A program made the position numbers and the translations under genes. 64,000 nt of DNA from the NCBI GenBank assembly GCA_031362415.1, contig JANLSK010000006.1, forward strand, positions 21,868 to 85,867, in the 5' to 3' direction. The notes under the pieces are model-generated. The model was given only the letters and a program-made list of their open reading frames with translations, made no database searches and was not told the origin of the DNA. The stretch's first letter is position 1; every line of letters starts with the position of its first letter. Origin of the DNA: Actinomycetes bacterium (GTDB lineage: Bacteria > Actinomycetota > Acidimicrobiia > IMCC26256 > VFJJ01). Positions 61,437 through 64,000 of the stretch are shown here, in pieces.

Positions 61437-61876
61437 CCGTCGACGAGCCCGCTCCCGAGCCCGATCCGCGTGGGCTCCTGCGGGTCTCGGGTTCGCTGCG
61501 CATCCCCCTCGACGAGATGGAGTGGCGCTTCAGCGCCTCGGGAGGCCCCGGCGGACAGCACGCCAACACCTCCAACACCAAGGTGGAAGTGCGCTTCGAT
61601 GTCGAAGGGTCACCGTCGCTCGGTCCTCGTCAGCGAGCGCGCCTGCTCGAGCGGCTGGGCCCCCTCGTCCGGGTGGTGGCCTCCGACGAGCGGTCACAGG
61701 CTCGCAACCGGGAACTGGCGCTGGGCCGTCTCGCCGAGCGTCTCAACGAGGCCCTGAAGGTCGAGACCCCCCGCCACCCGACCCGCCCGTCCAAACGGGC
61801 CAAGGCCCGCCGCGTCGACGAAAAGCGCCACCGCTCCGCCACCAAGCAGACGCGCCGCCGCCCCGAAGCCGAGTGA
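61433..61876 (+). CDS. arfB: alternative ribosome-rescue factor ArfB (peptidyl-tRNA hydrolase, GGQ domain plus basic tail)
   Basis: 147 aa. Contains SGGPGGQHANTSNTKVEVRFD and a Lys/Arg-rich C-terminal tail. GTGA overlap with the preceding gene. Confidence 0.85.
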   Translation: MTVDEPAPEPDPRGLLRVSGSLRIPLDEMEWRFSASGGPGGQHANTSNTKVEVRFDVEGSPSLGPRQRARLLERLGPLVRVVASDERSQARNRELALGRLAERLNEALKVETPRHPTRPSKRAKARRVDEKRHRSATKQTRRRPEAE

Positions 61877-61907
61877 CCCCCACCACCAACACCCGCCGGG
61901 GGGGTCA
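61874..61907. terminator. inverted repeat spanning both stop codons of convergent genes
   Basis: tgaccccc (61874..61881) pairs with gggggtca (61900..61907). The loop is 18 nt. Confidence 0.3.
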
Positions 61908-62366
61908 GGCCTTGGGGGTGAAGTCGAGGTCGGGCGGAGCGGTGTCGGGCAACTTCCACTGGATGTAGGGCTTGTCCTTCAGGTCGTGATAGGCGTTGGC
62001 CGACCTGATCGACTCGTGGAAGAGCTCCTCGAACGCCGCGAAGTCCTTGTCCTTGATGGGTTGCTCGAGCTTCTTCCAGTCGTTCTCGAGGTACTCGTAG
62101 AGCGCCTCTTCGTGCTTGGCCCGGAGGAACGCGCCCTTCTCGAACAGGCCGCGGATCTCCTTCCACTGGAACGTGGCGTGGTCCCAGTTCCCCGCCTGGG
62201 CGGCGTAGTAGAGCTTCCAGGTGCGGGCCCCCACATCGGGCATCACGTCGGCCAGGCCCGGCTGGACCATCACGAGGCCTTCGAGGGAGAAGTCCTTCTT
62301 CTCGCCCCTGATCATGTACTCGTCAAGAATCTCGAGAACCTTGGCCTTGAGGGTGGCGTCGTCCAT
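61905..62366 (-). CDS. hypothetical protein (153 aa, Lys/Glu-rich, lower GC than neighbours)
   Basis: Clean ORF with protein-like sequence MDDATLKAKVLEILDEYMIRGEKKDFSLEGLVMVQPGL...KPYIQWKLPDTAPPDLDF. I do not recognise the family. Confidence 0.6.
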   Translation of the reverse strand: MDDATLKAKVLEILDEYMIRGEKKDFSLEGLVMVQPGLADVMPDVGARTWKLYYAAQAGNWDHATFQWKEIRGLFEKGAFLRAKHEEALYEYLENDWKKLEQPIKDKDFAAFEELFHESIRSANAYHDLKDKPYIQWKLPDTAPPDLDFTPKA

Positions 62367-62437
62367 GGTGATCCTTCTCGTCGGTTGCCTCGGCGCGGCA
62401 TCCTACCGAGGCCACAAAGCTGACGCTGACGTCACCA

Positions 62438-63442
62438 ATGCGTCAAGATGAGCCCGTGACCGACCCCACACGACGACCCATCGCCTACGTGACCGCACCG
62501 CTCCGGGGCGAGGGCCTGGCCCGGCTCCGCGAGCTGTGCGACATCGTCCACGAGCCCTGGATCGACCAGCAGCCGCTGCGGATCATGAACGCCGAGCAGC
62601 TCGCGGCCCGCGTCGTCGAGGTCGGGGCGACCGTCCTCATCGTCGAGAGCGACTCTGTGAAGGGTCCGGTCCTCGATCTGCCGCTCCGGGTCATCGGCTC
62701 GACGCGGGGAGATCCGACCAACGTCGACCTTCCCGGGGCCACCGCCAAGGGGATTCCCGTGCTGCGCTGCCCAGGCCGCAACGCCGACGCGGTGGCCGAG
62801 ATGACCGTCGCCCTGGTGTTCGCGGCCACTCGGGGCCTGGTGCAGGCCGATCGTGACGTGCGGGAAGGCCAGACGTACCGGGGCGGGACGATCCCCTACC
62901 AGCGCTACCGGGCCTGGCAGCTCGCCGGCCGCACCGCGGGCATCGTCGGCCTCGGCGCCGTCGGACGGGCCACGCGCTGGCGGCTGCAGGGTCTGGGCAT
63001 GACCGTGATCGCCGCCGACCCCTACCACCCCGAAGCAACGCACAGCCTCGACGACCTCTGCGCCGTAGCCGAGGTCGTATCGATGCACGCCATGGTGACG
63101 CCCGAAACCAAGGGGCTCATGGGCCGGAGGCAGTTCGAGGCCATGAGAGACGGCGCGATCTACGTCAACTCCGCCCGCGCCGCGCTCCACGACACCGACG
63201 CGCTGGTGTGGGCGTTGCAGACCGGCAAGCTCGCCGCCGCCGGCCTCGACCATTTCGAGGGAGAGAAACTGGCTCTCGACCATCCGCTCATCGGGATGGG
63301 CAACGTGGTGCTCACACCCCACATCGGCGGCGCCACCTACGACGTCGAGGTGATCCAGGCCACGATGATCGCCGACGACGTCGAACGGATCCTGGCCGGC
63401 CAGCACCCCGTCAACATCGCCAACCCGGAGGTCTACCCGTGA
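62438..63442 (+). CDS. D-isomer-specific 2-hydroxyacid dehydrogenase family (phosphoglycerate dehydrogenase-like)
   Basis: 334 aa. Contains GRTAGIVGLGAVGRA NAD motif, NSARAALHD and VVLTPHIGGAT. Confidence 0.85.
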   Translation: MRQDEPVTDPTRRPIAYVTAPLRGEGLARLRELCDIVHEPWIDQQPLRIMNAEQLAARVVEVGATVLIVESDSVKGPVLDLPLRVIGSTRGDPTNVDLPGATAKGIPVLRCPGRNADAVAEMTVALVFAATRGLVQADRDVREGQTYRGGTIPYQRYRAWQLAGRTAGIVGLGAVGRATRWRLQGLGMTVIAADPYHPEATHSLDDLCAVAEVVSMHAMVTPETKGLMGRRQFEAMRDGAIYVNSARAALHDTDALVWALQTGKLAAAGLDHFEGEKLALDHPLIGMGNVVLTPHIGGATYDVEVIQATMIADDVERILAGQHPVNIANPEVYP

Positions 63443-64000
63443 GCGACGCCGCAACCGGCTCAACCAGTGCACCCAAGGCTCCGGTGAGTGCGGGGACCGA
63501 TCCGCTGGAGATCAAGCTCGGGCTCATCGAGACCTCGCGAGCCTTGATCCGCAAGGGCCTCACGGTCGGGACGGCCGGGAACCTGAGTGCACGGCTCCCC
63601 GACGGCACCATCGTGCTCACCCCGTCGTCGCTCGACTACGACCTGATGACCGTCGACGACCTGGTGGTCACCGACCTCGACGGCAACGTGGTCGAAGGCC
63701 ACCGCAAGCCCACCACCGAGAAGACCCTCCACCTGGAGTGCTTCAAGCTCTACCCCCACGTGGGCGCGGTGATCCACTGCCATCCCTTGTACGCCACGAT
63801 GTTCGCGGTCACCCAGCAGCCCATCCCGGCGGTCATCGAGGAGTTCATCATCTACGTGGGCGGCGACGTTCCCTGCGCGCCCTACCGCACCACGGGGTCC
63901 GACGACCTCGGCCGCGTCGCCGCCGAATCGCTCGACGGGAAGTTCGCCACGCTCATGGCCAACCACGGGCTGCTCGTTGCCGGAGCCAACCCCGACAAGG
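63439..64000 (+). CDS. class II aldolase/adducin-domain protein, N-terminal part (runs off the right edge)
   Basis: Hand translation from GTG 63439 (GTGA overlap) gives ...RKGLTVGTAGNLSARLPDGTIVLTPSS...VIHCHPLYATMF...MANHGLLVAG. The frame is open to 64000. Confidence 0.8.
   Translation, partial: MSDAATGSTSAPKAPVSAGTDPLEIKLGLIETSRALIRKGLTVGTAGNLSARLPDGTIVLTPSSLDYDLMTVDDLVVTDLDGNVVEGHRKPTTEKTLHLECFKLYPHVGAVIHCHPLYATMFAVTQQPIPAVIEEFIIYVGGDVPCAPYRTTGSDDLGRVAAESLDGKFATLMANHGLLVAGANPDK

Overview
High-GC (roughly 68-70% by eye) chromosomal segment that looks like Actinomycetota. It is gene-dense, with about 58 intact CDS plus 6-7 disrupted genes or fragments. I found no rRNA, tRNA, CRISPR array, transposase or integrase. 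Most genes encode soluble redox or lipid/CoA-thioester enzymes: five SDRs, four acyl-CoA dehydrogenases, a crotonase, two SCP-x-type thiolases, a tandem family-III CoA-transferase, VOC proteins, an LLM oxidoreductase and a TetR regulator. There is also a reverse-transsulfuration pair (cbs plus cystathionine gamma-lyase/synthase), phoD, pepN, arfB and rarD. Many operons are linked by 4-nt ATGA/GTGA start/stop overlaps, at 8445, 10757, 21372, 24605, 28218, 35132, 45001, 61433 and 63439.

Observations I rank highest:
1. Two genes are split or truncated in the ORF track by an in-frame TGA that falls in a redox motif, so I read them as selenoproteins. One is a UGSC-family protein (4227..4784). The other is a DsbA-like protein of the Rv2466c type whose CPWC site reads U-P-W-C (35132..35812). 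The UGSC TGA has a well-placed SECIS-like hairpin 11 nt downstream. The hairpin I found downstream of the DsbA TGA is weaker.
2. A minus-strand operon encodes an FHA+LuxR regulator translationally coupled to a 1627-aa protein. That protein runs Ser/Thr kinase, degenerate cyclase-homology domain, STAND P-loop NTPase, one TM helix, WD40 propellers. The operon is bracketed by two paralogous lipoproteins built from Cys-pair repeats.
3. There is an unusual load of frameshifted, nonsense or fragmentary genes.
4. There are several in-frame domain fusions.
5. There is a set of G-rich 3-, 5- and 9-bp tandem arrays in regulatory or N/C-terminal positions.

All start sites and hand-derived coordinates are my own reading of the sequence. 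No database search was possible, so every family name is a recognition call from motifs.
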